Part shown: positions 12,500 through 26,000 of the stretch, piece after piece
Position numbering within the stretch: position 1 is the stretch's first letter
Layout: every line of letters starts with the position of its first letter
Assembly: GCA_036172245.1 (NCBI GenBank)
Contig: JAYWIR010000001.1
Span: forward strand, 8,866,001-8,930,000
Direction of reading: 5' to 3'
Source: Raillietiella orientalis
Taxonomy: Eukaryota
Length of the DNA stretch: 64,000 nt
Notes under the pieces: generated by a model
Told to the model about the DNA's origin: nothing
Databases searched by the model: none
The model's input: the letters and a program-made list of their open reading frames with translations, nothing else
Translations under genes and position numbers: made by a program

Positions 12500-13650
12500 C
12501 TCCTCTCCTCCCTTGCCCCGAAGCCCAAAATTTCCCCTCCGGCTGCGTGCAGCTCGCGACTCCCGCACGTGCACCAGTCCAAAACGGATCGCGCTTCGCG
12601 CCGCCCGAGGACAACCCTCCTCTCCCAGCTCTCTCCTCGCTCGACGGCTCGCGGGGCTGAGCGAGGGCGTGGCCCCCGAAGAAGATGGTCAACCCTCACT
12701 TCCGGGTTCTCCCGGAAGAGGTCCTGGACGAACCAGCACGAACCGTGATCCCTCCCCTTCCCTCCTCACGACCGCTTGCCTCCCGGGGCTCTACAGCGCC
12801 CGTCGTCCACGGGCGATTCCAGACGTTTAGAGACCCCGCATTCGCTGCTCTTCGAAAAGCGTCCGCCATCCACTGATGGAGAGACTTCCTAACACCGTGT
12901 TCGCTTGATGGAGCCCCTCCCTCTCTCCCTGAGCGGTGTCATCGAGCCTGCCCCCTACCGACTTCCAGCGCTCTTTCTCGGGACGCGGGCACGAGTGCCC
13001 CTAGCGGTGGTACGCTGGCCCACCCTCCGCCTCCGGGACCGACCTCCCGCCTCGAACGGCATCCCGGAGGTTCTGACCGACGAGGAGCCTCCGCCGGCCG
13101 GATGCGCAGCAGTCGGAACCGCGACTGCTGGGCGTCCTCGGAACAGTTTCCCGGTCATGGACCGCATGAAGGCCTCTTCTTCTGGCGTCCCAGGTCGCCG
13201 TGTTTCCGCGGAAACGGCAGAGAGCCGCAAGGACGAGGCAGCGCTCACGAAGACCCCGCGTTTCAAAATGTCCCTGGGGCTGCCCGTTGAATTCCAAAGG
13301 TCGTCGCCGGGCCATCCCGAAAAGGTGAGAGGGCAGCACAGTCTGAGAGCGGATGCTGCAAGGTCTCCCTCTCCCCGCATCTGTCCCACCCCACCGCCCT
13401 CGTCCTCCTCCAGCGTCCGATGATGAAGGCGCGCTTCGCATGGAATTGCACCATGCACCACCAGCAGCGCCAGCTCTCGCCACTTGAGGGGGAGGGGTCC
13501 GCCACTGTCCCAGCACTCTGGGGGCCACTTCACCTCCTCCGGAAGAATTGCAAGCAGCTCTCCCCATTACACAATTCCTCGGGGCGGGGCACTCGGGAAT
13601 GCAGCGGCCGCGATCTACCGAGTTGTCCACACACCCAGAAGTTTCTTCCT
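12500..13650 (-). mobile_element. Decayed L1/Tx1 ORF2 pieces (RT remnant and C-terminal region)
   Basis: KWPPECWDSGGPLPLKWRELALLVVHGAIPCEARLHH (13533-13420) matches the other C-terminal copies in the window. EEEAFMRS near 13170 resembles the RT motif DxxKAFDRV. Confidence 0.5.
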
Positions 13651-13699
13651 AGCCGCAGTGCAGCATGTCACCTCCCACCTTTCTGGGATGTCCCATCCT

Positions 13700-13870
13700 T
13701 CTCTGAGAGAGTAGGGAATCACCAAGGAGAGGGAGGTTGGAGGAAGGACGACTCCATTTGCACAACCGGAAGGAGAGTCCCCGATGGGCTCCTTGATTCC
13801 TGGAAGGACCCTGAAGGGTCAACTTCCAATCCAGGCCAGTCAACCGGGGCATCCGGGTTCCACCAATGCC
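13700..13870 (-). mobile_element. SINE-like family 1 internal fragment
   Basis: ctccttgattcctggaaggaccctgaagggtcaacttccaatcc matches 44805-44850 and 5820-5850 directly, and 40645-40690 as reverse complement. Confidence 0.7.
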
Positions 13871-13899
13871 GACTTTTTGCGCTGGGGCGTGTTACTGAG

Positions 13900-14230
13900 T
13901 ATTCCAGAGAAAGACCTGCAGCGACCCCCGGCGCTCATGAACACCTGCACCCTCTCCTTAAAGTGGCAAGGGTCGGCGTTGATGCTGCTGCACTGGTACG
14001 TCCTGTGCAACGCCCACCGGCATCATTCGACACGGGGGGGAGGGTCCCGCTCCCCGAACTGTTGCAAGGTTCGGGGAGCGGGAATCCCTACCGCACCTCC
14101 TAGTGGACTGTGTTGCCCTCCGAGCCCTTTGGGGACACTTTGCCGCGATCCTTGCAACCCCCGGCGGCAATGCCAGAGACGAAGGCGGGCATGGCGAACA
14201 TCCTGGCTCCGTTCGCTAGATGAACAGGGA
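13900..14230 (+). mobile_element. Decayed L1/Tx1 ORF2 C-terminal fragment
   Basis: LSLKWQGSALMLLHW and ESLPHLLVDC (zinc-knuckle end). 14175-14215 is a close reverse-complement match to 38285-38325. Confidence 0.6.
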
Positions 14231-14264
14231 AGAGGACAAAGGAAGGAGGAAAGGAGGAGGAGAC

Positions 14265-14400
14265 AGAAATGATGATAGTGGTAGTCATAATAGGAAAGAT
14301 GATATTAATAATGATCATTATAATGTTAACAGCAGCAAGCACGGTGATGAAAATAATAGTAATAAGAATGATGATGCAGTGACGGCAACCATACCAACAA
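14265..14400. repeat. Degenerate trinucleotide (AAT/GAT) low-complexity tract
   Basis: gatgatagtggtagtcataatagg...aataatagtaataagaatgatgatg seen directly. Confidence 0.7.
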
Positions 14401-17080
14401 TCATAGCGGCAGCAGTAATGGGAAAGTGGGGTGGCTCACTTTATCGCAAGCTGGCGTTTTCTGCGTGGAAAAGTGAAGCCCACAGCGCGCACTGAACTGG
14501 ATGGACGTTCTGGTCGTCGTCCGTTGCAGCGAGGGGGTGCCTCCGCAACTGCTGTTCCAGGAGCCACTCGGAGCGGAGGAGTACACGTGGCCGTTGGCGA
14601 GCGCCTTGGAGCCCGCAAGCTGCGAGAGCCCGGAGAGGATTCGTCCCTTCAAGTTCCTTCTGCTCCTGGCGTGCCCCGAATCCTGCCTGCCCCAGGCAGC
14701 AGCCATCCGTCGCTTCATGTGTACAGCTGATTGCTCTTCTCCTCAGTCCTTCCTCTCGGGGCCGGAGTCGAAGCCCCCCCTTCGGTAGTGGGTCTTTCAG
14801 TGAGAGCCCCTCGCACCCCTCACCGTTCTTGGAGCCCAGTCCGCGACCACGGCGCACCGGTAGCTGCCTCCTCTTCGGGTTGCTTGGAGACACTCTCGGA
14901 GGGAAGTGTGCCGCTCCTAGTCGCTTCGGGGTTTCTCCACCTTTCCTATTTCGCCGCCCGCCCACTCCTGATCCAGCAGCTTCCTTTCATCTTCTTCTTT
15001 TGTGAACTCGCCTCTGCTCAGTCATCCCGGTGCATCCGATGCCCCGGTTGCGTAGGAACGCTTTTTTTTCTCGGGGCCTGCACTTTGCCCGTTGGCTACA
15101 GCGGCAAAGAAGCGATCCCTAGTGGCGCGCAGTCTCCCGGTTCGGAGCGACCGTCCGACTAGGCCAGCGGGCTCGGCTACCAAGGACCATCTATCCCTCC
15201 ACCGGAATAGGTAACGCAGAGCTCCCGCTGGGCTCTGTCCACTGACCAAGGGTGGTCGGACCCAAGCCCTCAGGTCGGCTGTACCCAGGGAGTCAGTCAA
15301 CAGTCCCAGTCTCGTTCCTTTGGACCCGAGTGCGTAATTTCGATTCCGTTCCTGGAGGAGGAAAAGTACCGTGGAAACAAGCTGAAAACATCCATCCGTT
15401 CTTCCCCTCGACACGCTTCTCTTCCTCTCCATCTTCTCTCCACCCGCTGATTTTGTCCTTGGGAGGTCATAAACGCTCTGGATCCTGTAGATCTCTCCAG
15501 CGCCCTGTTCCCTCACCCCCTTTCTTCTCCTCCTTCTTCCCAGGCCGGTATTCGAAAGCAGCGCTGCGTCGTTGTAGAGTCTCCAGGAAACCTGCGCTCC
15601 CAAGTAACCCCTTCCCCCTTCCAGTGTGGGTGCTCGCAGTGGTCCCTCTCCCAGCTCTCTTCACCGCTGCTGCAGGACGAGTGTCTTTCGCTCCCTCAGG
15701 CTGGGCATTTCTGCCCCTTAGCCGGTGCTCCGGAGGCGGCGCCGGGGAAGGAAGGGGGCGGGAAGGACGACATCACCTAAGGATTTTGCTGCTGATCCAA
15801 CTGAACCGTCAAGGCAGCGGAATGAGGGTTAAGGAGGGTTGCCTATGAAAGAGCAGGAGGAAGGGATGTGGGAAGGGGGGGATTTCCTCGAGTTCTCTTG
15901 CGCCCCCTACTCCTCGTCCACTTGGGAACTCCTCTGAGCGCAGAGTGGACCAGCAAAGAAGCTGGCTGACGCTTCATCCCTCCCTCCTTCGCTTGGTTCC
16001 CTCTTGGAGCGCTGCTCTCTTCCAGCCTCAGGAGGTTTGCCTGCCGCGGAACTCAAGCGATGGGGAAGGAGGAGAGGGGGGGAGAGGGAGGGAGGGAGTT
16101 CACGGCTCCCTGGGCGCTTTAGAGACGCTCGACTCTCTCCGAGACCTTCGCGGCGGACAATGAGCAGCTTCCTCTTCCGTGAACGCCCGCGCCGTGACTC
16201 CCTTAGATGCTTGCGCCTGCTGACCTCCGGAGCTCCCTTTTCTTTTTCTTGTGCTGCTGCCGCCGCCACGCCCCTCCGGCGGAAAGTCTTCTGCGTCTCA
16301 GGCTATTCGCGCGCGCGCTAGACTTGTCCGTTGGCTCCGGCGGACCTGGGGCGCACAGCGGGGGATCCTTCCGCTGGTTCAGATGGCAACACGATGGGAA
16401 AAGAGCAAACTGACTCAGGTTCCAGGGCGGTTGCTCGAGCAGCCGCTCGTACGACGGCCACCACTTCCAGCCATTGAGCTCCAGGAGCAGCGTCCCTGTT
16501 CTCGCGCTACCGAGCGAGCGAGCTTTGGAGAAAGGGCGCATAGCTCATCGCGGGGATTTCGGGGAGGGGAAGGGGGGGGATGAAACGGCGATTTCCCACC
16601 CCGGGGCGCGCGTCCGGAAAAGGCGCTTCATGCCGACGCGATCGCTCGCCTGTCTCCGGACCTACCCTCCCACGCCGAACCCGCGCTCCGCACGCGCCGC
16701 GGCGAGACCTCCAAATCGCTTTCGCGGGAACTTCCTGCAGGTTTCCCCGACCACCGCTTGCCGGCACGAGCGCAGCGAGCACGCAGACCCCTTGCCGCTC
16801 TCGTGCCCTGCCGAGCCGCATAGCGACGATACCTCACCCTCGCGACTGGTCGCTGCTCTGCGAGCTGCGAGGACGCGGGTCTCTTCGGCCTTAGGCGAGG
16901 CAGAGATCGATGAAGAAGGTCGGCTCCATCCAGGGACCGACCCCGACCCCCCCCCTCTTCGTCGTTAAGGGCTGGAGCTCTGCTGTCCCCATATGGGAAC
17001 GAAGGGAAGGGACGACCTGTGCTCTTCTCTGCCACTTTCTCCTGCGGAATACCTCTCTTTTATTGATCCACTCACACAAG

Positions 17081-20000
17081 TCACTGCTTGTCCATGTGAT
17101 CGGAGATCCAGCTCAGGTAGGAGGTGACTCTCGTGAACACTCCTGGAAGCCTCCCACCGCAGGTGGAACCTCCGAGCGAGTTGATCCCAAGGAGCTCGTA
17201 GCGCTTCCTCTTCAGGTCGTACTTTATCAGGGGTCCCCCGCTGTCGCCTTGGCACGTGCTCTTCTTCACGCTGTAAACGCAAATCTGCTTCTCCGTGATA
17301 TTCAGTTTGAACTTCCTGTAATGCTCCTGGCACTTTTCGCTGGTAATGACGGGAAGAGCGACCTGGGACAATGTGCTCGACCTCCTGTGCGTGCCTGGAA
17401 ACAGCGAGCCTTCATCTCGGCACCCGCAGCTGCGGTCGCGACCCGGGTCGCTGCGGCACCGGCGGGTTTCGCGCGACCGTCTTCGAGCGCGGGGAGAGGC
17501 GGTCCTCGTTTTGCTACGCGCGCGCTCCCTCCTCCGTCCTGGTCAGCTCCGTCCCCCTGCCATTGGGGTCCGGAGGCAGTGGGCGGATTTCCGGAATGGC
17601 TGGCGGTCCTCTCGAACCAGGGTAAGGGTGAGGTAGAGGCGGGGGGAGGATGCACGAAGCATCTCCGTGCGCGCGCGCTCTCACCCACAACACCATCCAC
17701 ACCCGGACGATGACTGCCTTCCCTGTGACGGGAAGCTCGGAGGCGGCGCAGGTCGCGGATAGGGGTTTGCCGGTGGTGCTGCTGTGCGAGAAGCATCTGA
17801 TCTGGGCGATCCGTGCAGATGTTCTGCCTGCGCGGCGGGACCGTACTGACAGCGGGGAGCGGGCAGAAATCGCGTTCTCGCCGCCAGCTCTGCACCTTTT
17901 CTTTCCTCCCCCCCTTTCTTAAATCTCGTGCCGCGGAATACCGTGAGGAGCGCAACACTTCATCCTCCGGAAGGAGTTTTTTTCTGCCCTGAGCTCAGCC
18001 CAATGTTCCGCGCCTCCCCGCGAAAGGCTAGCCAGCAGCACTAGCAGGTATCTTTGCCATCTTACGTCCGAGTAATCCAGGATACTCCCGGACACCCGCA
18101 GGGCATCGCGCCCTCTCAACGACAGATGTGTTTTTTTTTCTTCTTCTTCTTTTCTCGCGTGGAATTTTTTCCTCGCATGCAGACGAGAGAGCTGGACTAA
18201 GGTGCTCGGGGAGAACGAAAGACGCAGCCTTTTCAGCGAAGGCTCTTCTTAACCGCGCCTGCCTCCTGGCGTCTCCCGCTCGCGACGAGTTTTCGCGGGA
18301 TGGAGCGAAACGATCGCAGGCAGCTCGCTTGTGAGAGAGCACTGCTTGCGAGATCGCAGGCCCGAAAGCATTCTCAGTGACGATGAAGCGCCCGACAGAT
18401 CGCTGTGAAAGGGCCTTCAAGAAGGGAAACAGAGAGAGCTGCTGACTTCCTGAGAGCGAGGGACAACTCATGGCGGAGCTCGGATTCCAGTGGAAGGAAA
18501 TCCAGCTTTTGCCTGACACGGGACCCTGGAATGAGCCAAGTTTGCAACGGGGAGTTTTCTGGTTCCCCAGAATGCACTGACGCTTGCATCCAAGCTCTCT
18601 TAGGCGAGTGCCTGTTAACCCGAGGGCACGCCTCATCTGCTCATTGGATGCTCGCTCTAAATAGCAAGTTTGGGGAATCTCGTGGAAGCTGTGGCCCTTT
18701 AGCAGCTCTGGAGTCTAAACCCACGAGCTGATTCATTACTATAATAGGTCCGGTTTATGTGGTTCTCGTTTGATTCTTTGTATTCCTCTTCTCCTAGTTA
18801 GTTTTCTCTTCACAGGTGAGTAGCTCCGGTGACTTCTCGGAAGTGCTTCTTGCTTGCGCACGGTGGTTGTTGGATGTTCTTCAAAATCAACCATAAACTA
18901 TGCGCAGGAACTGCCACGTATTCATCTCGCACGGGCATCTTCGTCTCCAAAGTTCAGAAATCAATAATGGTAAAGACGAGCTCAAAGAGACGAGCAGGAA
19001 TGCGGAACAGAATAATCCTAGGGACCCTGAGACGAATTCCCGAATCTCTTTTTTCCTCTGAATGAAATTCTAATGGGAAGGATAGGTGGATGGAGAATGT
19101 TCTGAATCGAGACGGTCTGTCGAGCGAGATCGGTCCTTGAGGGCCAACAAGCTCTGGTTATAAATATGGAGAATGGGAAGGACAATGCAAATGGATATGT
19201 TCGGGAGAACATACCTCTCATGTCAGTGGGAGACATGTCACAGAACAAGGTATCCTCGAGATACATTCCTTCGTCTTCTGCCATGACAACTTTACAGACT
19301 GATGAGAACTCCTCCGTTTGGGCCACATTCATCGCATGAAAGCTCACTGGAGTAACAGTGGAGCGAGTTTCCTCTTGCTGGCGCAGCTCTTTCCCGCTAA
19401 TCAGAACCTGGAGTTATTCCTTGGCGTAGTCCCTGGTGTTTTTGCATTAATGGATTCTCTGGTACCCATGCCGAACGCTTCCCTCGTTAAAACGGGTAAT
19501 GCTGATGGAGCGTCCTCATATTTTGAGCGCTACTGGGAAGGCCAGATTCTTCGAAGAACGGAATCGCGTTTTTCAGAAACTGGTTGCGTTTATAGACAGC
19601 TCAAAAAGGCGGTCTGTAAAAACAAGCCACAATCAACGACTTCTGGCAACCTTCACTCTTAACAACGACCACCTTGTGCCATTGCAGGAACCGAAAAATC
19701 AAGCCGTATTTCCGGCTGTAGCTCACGGCCTTCGATCGAGCAAAAGCAATGCACGAGCCAGGTTTCGGAAGCCATGCACTTGTGTGCGGGAGATGCAGAG
19801 AGTTCTTCTGTATCTAAAAGCACGGTCGATCTCATCTATGAAATCCATGAAGGTTCTCATCTAAGCCGCGAGAACGAACGGAGGAAAAAGAGGAAAGTGC
19901 TCTGGACAGAAGCACGAAACTCAATACAGCTCGTTGCTGAGTCTCGGATGCCTCGAACAGAGGAAACAGCCCGAAAGAGTCGTTTCTGGAAAGCAGAAAA

Positions 20001-23000
20001 AAAGTACATAAGGACCTTCCCCCCCTCCTGCTTCTGATTAGAGAGAGGCTTCGCGAAGTCTGAGAATGCTTGTTCAAAGAGAGAGATTAAGAGTCTTTCT
20101 TTTCTTTTTCTTTCATGATTCCTCTTCCTCTGCCTCTTTCACTTGATACGTTCCATCTGGTGCTCCCGTTCCCCAGAACCACTCTTGATGTAAATATCAC
20201 CTTTTCTCTTGGCACTTGTTTCGCTAGACATTTCTCTCTGTTTCCAAGACTTTCAGCCATTTCGAGTGGCCACACAACGCTCTATGGCAATTTTTTGCTC
20301 AAAAGACTCCTTCAGTTCCATGACGGCACTTTTTCGGCACTTTCAAGTGATTCCCCTATGAGATAAACCTTGACGTGAGAAACGATCGTGCATCTGCATT
20401 GGCTAACGGATGTACCCGTATTTTCTCTGCACGGAGAGATATCTGTGTACTTAAGATAGGATACGAAACCGAGAGGCACCCAAGAGATCTTCTACATTTA
20501 GCTGTCCCGATCTTTGAGATGCGGAAATGTCTCGTAATGCTAGGCGCGCTCTCTTGGGGAAGACAGAGGGCAGACCAAAGCAGTGGATTCAAGTGGTCTC
20601 TTCTCGCTTTTGCTCATTCAGGCACACAAACGCCACAAAGGTGCTGTTGGCGAAATTACCGCAGCAAAGTTCCTTGTTGCGCAGTATACCGAGTCTAAGA
20701 GCTACGAAAGCAGCCATGTTCCAACATCGCATGCATGCCTTGTCTCGCGCGGATGTTACTTTCTTTTCTTTCTTCCTCTTCCACTCACCAAGTTTCGGCT
20801 CCCATGGCAACATCGAGCTCCTGACAGATCCTTTTCCTATCTCAAAACACGTTTTCGGATCCGCGCCTGCCCTCCCGTGCTTCTCGTCCGTCCTTCATCC
20901 TCACAAGAGTGAATGAAAAATCTAGCGACTGACTTCTGAAGCTCAGAGTGCAATCGTTCCCTTAGGCGATGGTCCGCTACTTCCGGAAACCACGTGCTTG
21001 CTGGATTCGGGTTTCTTGGGCCTCTTTCCCGAGTCCCTCTTTCAGTCCACTTTCCTTGCATCCTACGACTGCAGGAGGTGTCCCCGCTCCAAGCATTTCC
21101 TTCCACGCGGAAACTCACATCCTCTGTTGCAGCTGTCACATAGTGAGGGCGCAATGGACATCGTGCGAAAAGGCAACGAGACGCGTGCGCGCTTTGTTTC
21201 TTATGCGTCACACTCTGGTGTGGATGGCGCCGCCGACGATTGGCGAGCTGGTGGCGTGGGGCGCACTTTCGCGAATGCCATTCGAAAAGAAATCTGCCGC
21301 CACTTGAATGGTGCACCGCTCATCATTTCTCTCGGCCTTGCATGCACTCTGAAGATCACGTTTCAGCTTAGAACCTTCGTAATCCATGCGTGCAGCTCCT
21401 CGCCGCGGTCCAGATTAAGTTTCTTCTGCCCGCTGCCTGGAGATGATTTCCGGAAGCGTCCGCACACGATACTGCAGACGCTGCAAGATTTCGCTTTCCC
21501 TCTTCGTCCTTCCGCGAACCAAACTTCTGTCTTCGAGTACCAGAGCTTAGAGATGGAGGTGTCCCTGTTGCAACTGCGCTTTGGCTAGGCATAACCTGCA
21601 CACAGGGAGTGGTTCCCTAGTGGTTGGGTGACTCCTGACGGTTCCATCTGCATCCAAGAGCAAAAGGATCCCTTTCCCACGTTTCTTGGAATTTCGCGTT
21701 GCTGCACTTTGCGTTTCTTCCCCCTTCCGAAGGGACACCGAGAGGCGGGCTCTCTGGATCAGAGGAAAGCGCGGTGCGCTTTGTGATGGCGACCAACGGT
21801 GCGGGGAAGGAATCGTTGCTACTGGGGAGAAATTGTCGCGAATTCGCGACGAGGCTCGCGAGCCCTGTGTTCAGATGGCCCTGAATATCATGCACCGAAT
21901 CCGATGCTAAGGTGCGATGCAAGATGCAAGATTTAGTGAAACGCACATCCTCCAAAGGGGAGGTTGAGAAAAAGGAAAATTCCTTGTTGTTCCAGAGCAT
22001 CCTTGGCGCCCTTCTGAAGAACCCGTCAAAGTGTCCGGAAATACGACCAGGACTTTGCCCTTCGACTCGAATGTTTTGATCCTACGATGTCTACCAGGCG
22101 TAAGCTCAGTCGTCCTTCCGATCTCGGATTCCCAACACCCTCTTCCATCCATGCATTCTGCTACCGGCCCCGTTTCCAAAGTCTCCCTTCATCTTCTGCA
22201 TCTGCAGAAGCTTCCTGTGAAGTTTTCTCAACAGCCAGGACAAAGTTCTGGCTCAGATACCGAGTACGCGGAGTCGCGCGTGAGCCTCGCTCCCTATAAA
22301 ATGGCGTTCGATGCCGAAAACCACGCGCCGAATCCTTTCGCGTTGATGGAAACTCTCTGCCCAACTTAGGGATCTATCCAGCATCCAGTTAGCAGTTCTG
22401 CTACGTGATGTCCTCTGGTGTCATCCCTGGGGTCTTTTTTCAAGTGCAGTGTTCTTCCAGGGAGATTCACCTCTTCCACCAAGTTTCTTGATGAAGTCAG
22501 ACCTCTCCTTCCTCCTGTTAAACCTTCGAACTCTTCATCTTCCCAAAGGTGCGCTTCTCCCGAATGGATCCCCCTCGATCTTTCTCAGCAGTTTACTTCT
22601 TTTCCTTATTTTCTTTAAGAACTGTCTTGCAGTTCCTTCTTTTCAGAGACGTGTAACCTTCACCTGCAGGTGACCATACAGAGATGCACATTCTCTGCAC
22701 CATGCTCTGGTTACCGGCGCGTACGGACCGAGAGGTGCTCTGCTCTCGAGGGCACGTCCAACCCGCAGAACACACAATGTTCCTGGTGTTTCTGGGAAGA
22801 CGATGTGCAAGTGACTTCTTCGTGAAGAGCCCTCGGAACGAGCAGCCGGCACCTCGTCTTGAGAGCACACAGGAGACCGGAAGAGACCGCTCCAGGTGTT
22901 AGGAAAGCGAAAAGTCAAAGAGAAACTCGGCGTATGGCAGAGTGGATGAGTGCGCCGGCCTGCGTAAGCATTCCAGCTACGGGAAAGAAGAATCCTCTGC

Positions 23001-26000
23001 TGAGAGGAGGAAGGTCACTGAGATGCAGGTCCGCTGGAGACGAAGCTCGCCCGAAATGGCAACGACAGCCTTCGCGCGAAGCCAGCGCGAGAGACGCCCC
23101 ACAGCGGCTGCTCCTCCGAACCGTATGCTTCCGCAGAAAGCTTTCCTGCTTCCATTTCCGGGAAGACTCTCTAGTGACGCATCCATTCAGCCACACTTCC
23201 ATTCTCCCACACTCTGTACCTGGAAGACTTCACGAAGTCTGCTCCAGAAGCTAACGAGTAGCGCTAATGGGGGAGGACGCGGCATTTGGAAGGGATGGGA
23301 GGCAGCTGCCAACGCATGGGCCGGCTATGCGTACACCACTTCAGTCGCGCACCGGTTTTGTTTGTTCCCCCCAAGCTCCCAAGAGAAAACTCCTTCCCTT
23401 TTCCGCCGATCAAAGAGAGAAGTCACGAAGAGTGGGGGAAAGAGGCCCGCCGATTCCAAACAGGAAAGGTGTCGAGCGTGCGCACGAGTCAAGGCATTCC
23501 GGAGCGACCCCGAGCAGACCACGGCACTGCGAAGTCTCTGTTCGGATCCGCTCTTCACCTCATGAAAAGGAAGATAAAGGTCCCAACCCTGAAGGAAGGA
23601 AAAGAATCCCTAGGATTCTTCCAGGCAGGGAATTCCCTGCGGTGAGGAAGAGGCTCGGGATCACTCGCACGCAGTGTTAGCGGGGGTTGCGCTGCACGGG
23701 GACCCTGTCGGTTTGCCCTCAACTGGAAAAGTTTCAGAGAGAGCAAGGGGGAAGGCAGGCGGTAGGGAAGGACACGACGTCTCGAAGGTGGGCAGCAGGC
23801 AGAGCCTGAAGAGTTTTCATCCATTCCTCTCCCGCTCAGGAGCGCGAATTCCTTAGGGATACAGGAAGAGCGCGTGCATCCGTTTGCTTCAGGAAACGGG
23901 GAGTGGAAAGAAATAGGGTCCTGCTTTGCGGCCGAGCTGTCCCGAGGGTGCCACGAACGAGGAAGGCGAGCTGGCAAGTTGCATTCCCCCAGCTGTTCGG
24001 AAAACAGGGAGCTCCAGAGAAGCCCGAACCGGTTTCCCAGCAGCCGGAGAGAAGGTGGAGGAAGAGGGCCCGGAGGTGAGAGGCGGAGGAGGATGCTCTT
24101 CCTCTTCTCGCTCCTCGGAAGTAAACGCAGGGTGCAGGACATGGCCACTTCCCCCCCCTTTCCCCCCTGGTCGAAGAAGAAGCACGTAGAAGAACGCGCA
24201 GGTCGCGATCTAAAGGGAGGACATGCAGAACCTCCTGAATGAATGCAAGAGAGAGTCGACGCGAGCGAGAGAGATGCTCATGTCTTCTCGAGCAGCAGAT
24301 GCGCTTTCAGACACTTTGGTGAACACAGAGGAGTGTAGAGGAGGCTTCCCTGAAGGGAGAAGCCTAAGCGACAGCCCACCGGAGGGGCATGAAGCGTCCC
24401 GAACGAACGGAAGAGGAGACTCGCGGCTGTGGACGCCCCGTGGGGATAGGGCTGAGCTTTTCGAAAGGTCACAGTAGCCGAGATGCGAAGGGAACTTCCT
24501 CAGGAAGAGTGCACGACGTAAGAGCTGCTCCTGTCCAGATGCGGTTCAAGGTCACAGGTGGGTGACCCCGCATCTGGCCCCCGCCAGCACTCTGCTGGGA
24601 AGGATCAGGCAGACTTCCTTGCGCAGGTTACACGAAGACCGAAATGACGAGGAACACCTTTTTTAGAGCGGGGGACACCTTCCCATCCTCTCGCACCGGA
24701 TTTCCCCCTTCCTTGGTTGCTAACAGAAACGGAACTTTCCCGCAGGAGTTGCTTACGTGTAGCAGCGGAGAACGCGTGTCAGAATGTCAAATCCCTGACT
24801 CTGTTGGTCCCGTCTCGCGCGTGTACTCTGTGCGCGTCTACGGCACGCGCGAGAGTTCCTTGCGCGCTTCACACTCACGACGCACGTGCTTGCACGGGTG
24901 ATGGGAGGCAGCAAGAATGACTGGCGAAGATCCCGACGGCGTGCGGGCAGACCGAAAACGAACGCAAGTGCACCTTTGCCACGACGCCGTTGGCACATCC
25001 CAGAAGCGAGGGAAAACGGTAGGAAAGAGGAGGTCACCTCTAGGACTTTGGAGTGGTTAGGATCAGCGGCGGGAGAGATGCGGCGAAACGAGAAAGGAAT
25101 GGGGCTCGGTGTGGACGGAGGAGTTCCTCTGAACATGCAGTATAGCGAAAAAGGTTGTTCCCTTGATCCAGTCGGCCGTGATTCGCTCGGCGCTCTGGGT
25201 GCAGCATCCGGAAGGGACAGCGCGAGCCATACTGCGCTTATCGGGCGCGAGCAAATAGACCTGCCTGTCTACGTAGATGGAGAAGGGACACTGTAAGCCT
25301 CCCTTTCGGGGGAGGGGTCGCTCTCGGGGAGAGCGGAGTGAAGCAAGGATGGAGTGGGTGGGACGGCGGTTGCCAGGCGATCCTCGTATCCGAAGGGGCG
25401 GGTTCTGCGCGAACGCTGCCTCTTCGCCTCTGCTTGCAAGCGGCCGACCGTCTCAAAGCGGTCCGCGCTTGAAGTCTCTCCTGCCGCCCCAGTTCTCCTT
25501 CATCCTCACTTCCCTCACTGGGTTTCCCGTGCCCCTTCGAGAGAGGGAGGGAAGAAAAAGGCGCAGGTATCGTGGTAGGATGCTCGCGGCGACCGCGACA
25601 GTGGCCGGAAGCCTTACCGTTGCGACCCCATCCTGCAGTCAAGGCCACCCCGCTGGGGAGCCACTGGCCGAAGGAGTCGCAGAACAAGCATGGCAAGCAG
25701 ATGGCCTTGATCCTGTCTGAGCATCGCTCCGTGAGATCCCCCTGCGCGCCTGTTCCGTCCACCTCTTGCCTGTCAGCGGCACTGCGTCGGTCAGCTTGAC
25801 CAGCCCGATGTCATTGTGGTAGTGGGGGTAGGAGCTGAAGTTCTCGTGTACCAAAATGGCTGCTGGCTCCAAGTCCACGACCCCGTCGTCGTCCAAAGGA
25901 GAGTCGAGGTCGACCTCGCCCGAGCGAACCACCTTCCTGCAGAGGGAGAGGGGAGTCGTGCATTTCCTAGGAGAAACACCCTTTGGATCGGGAGGCTTAC

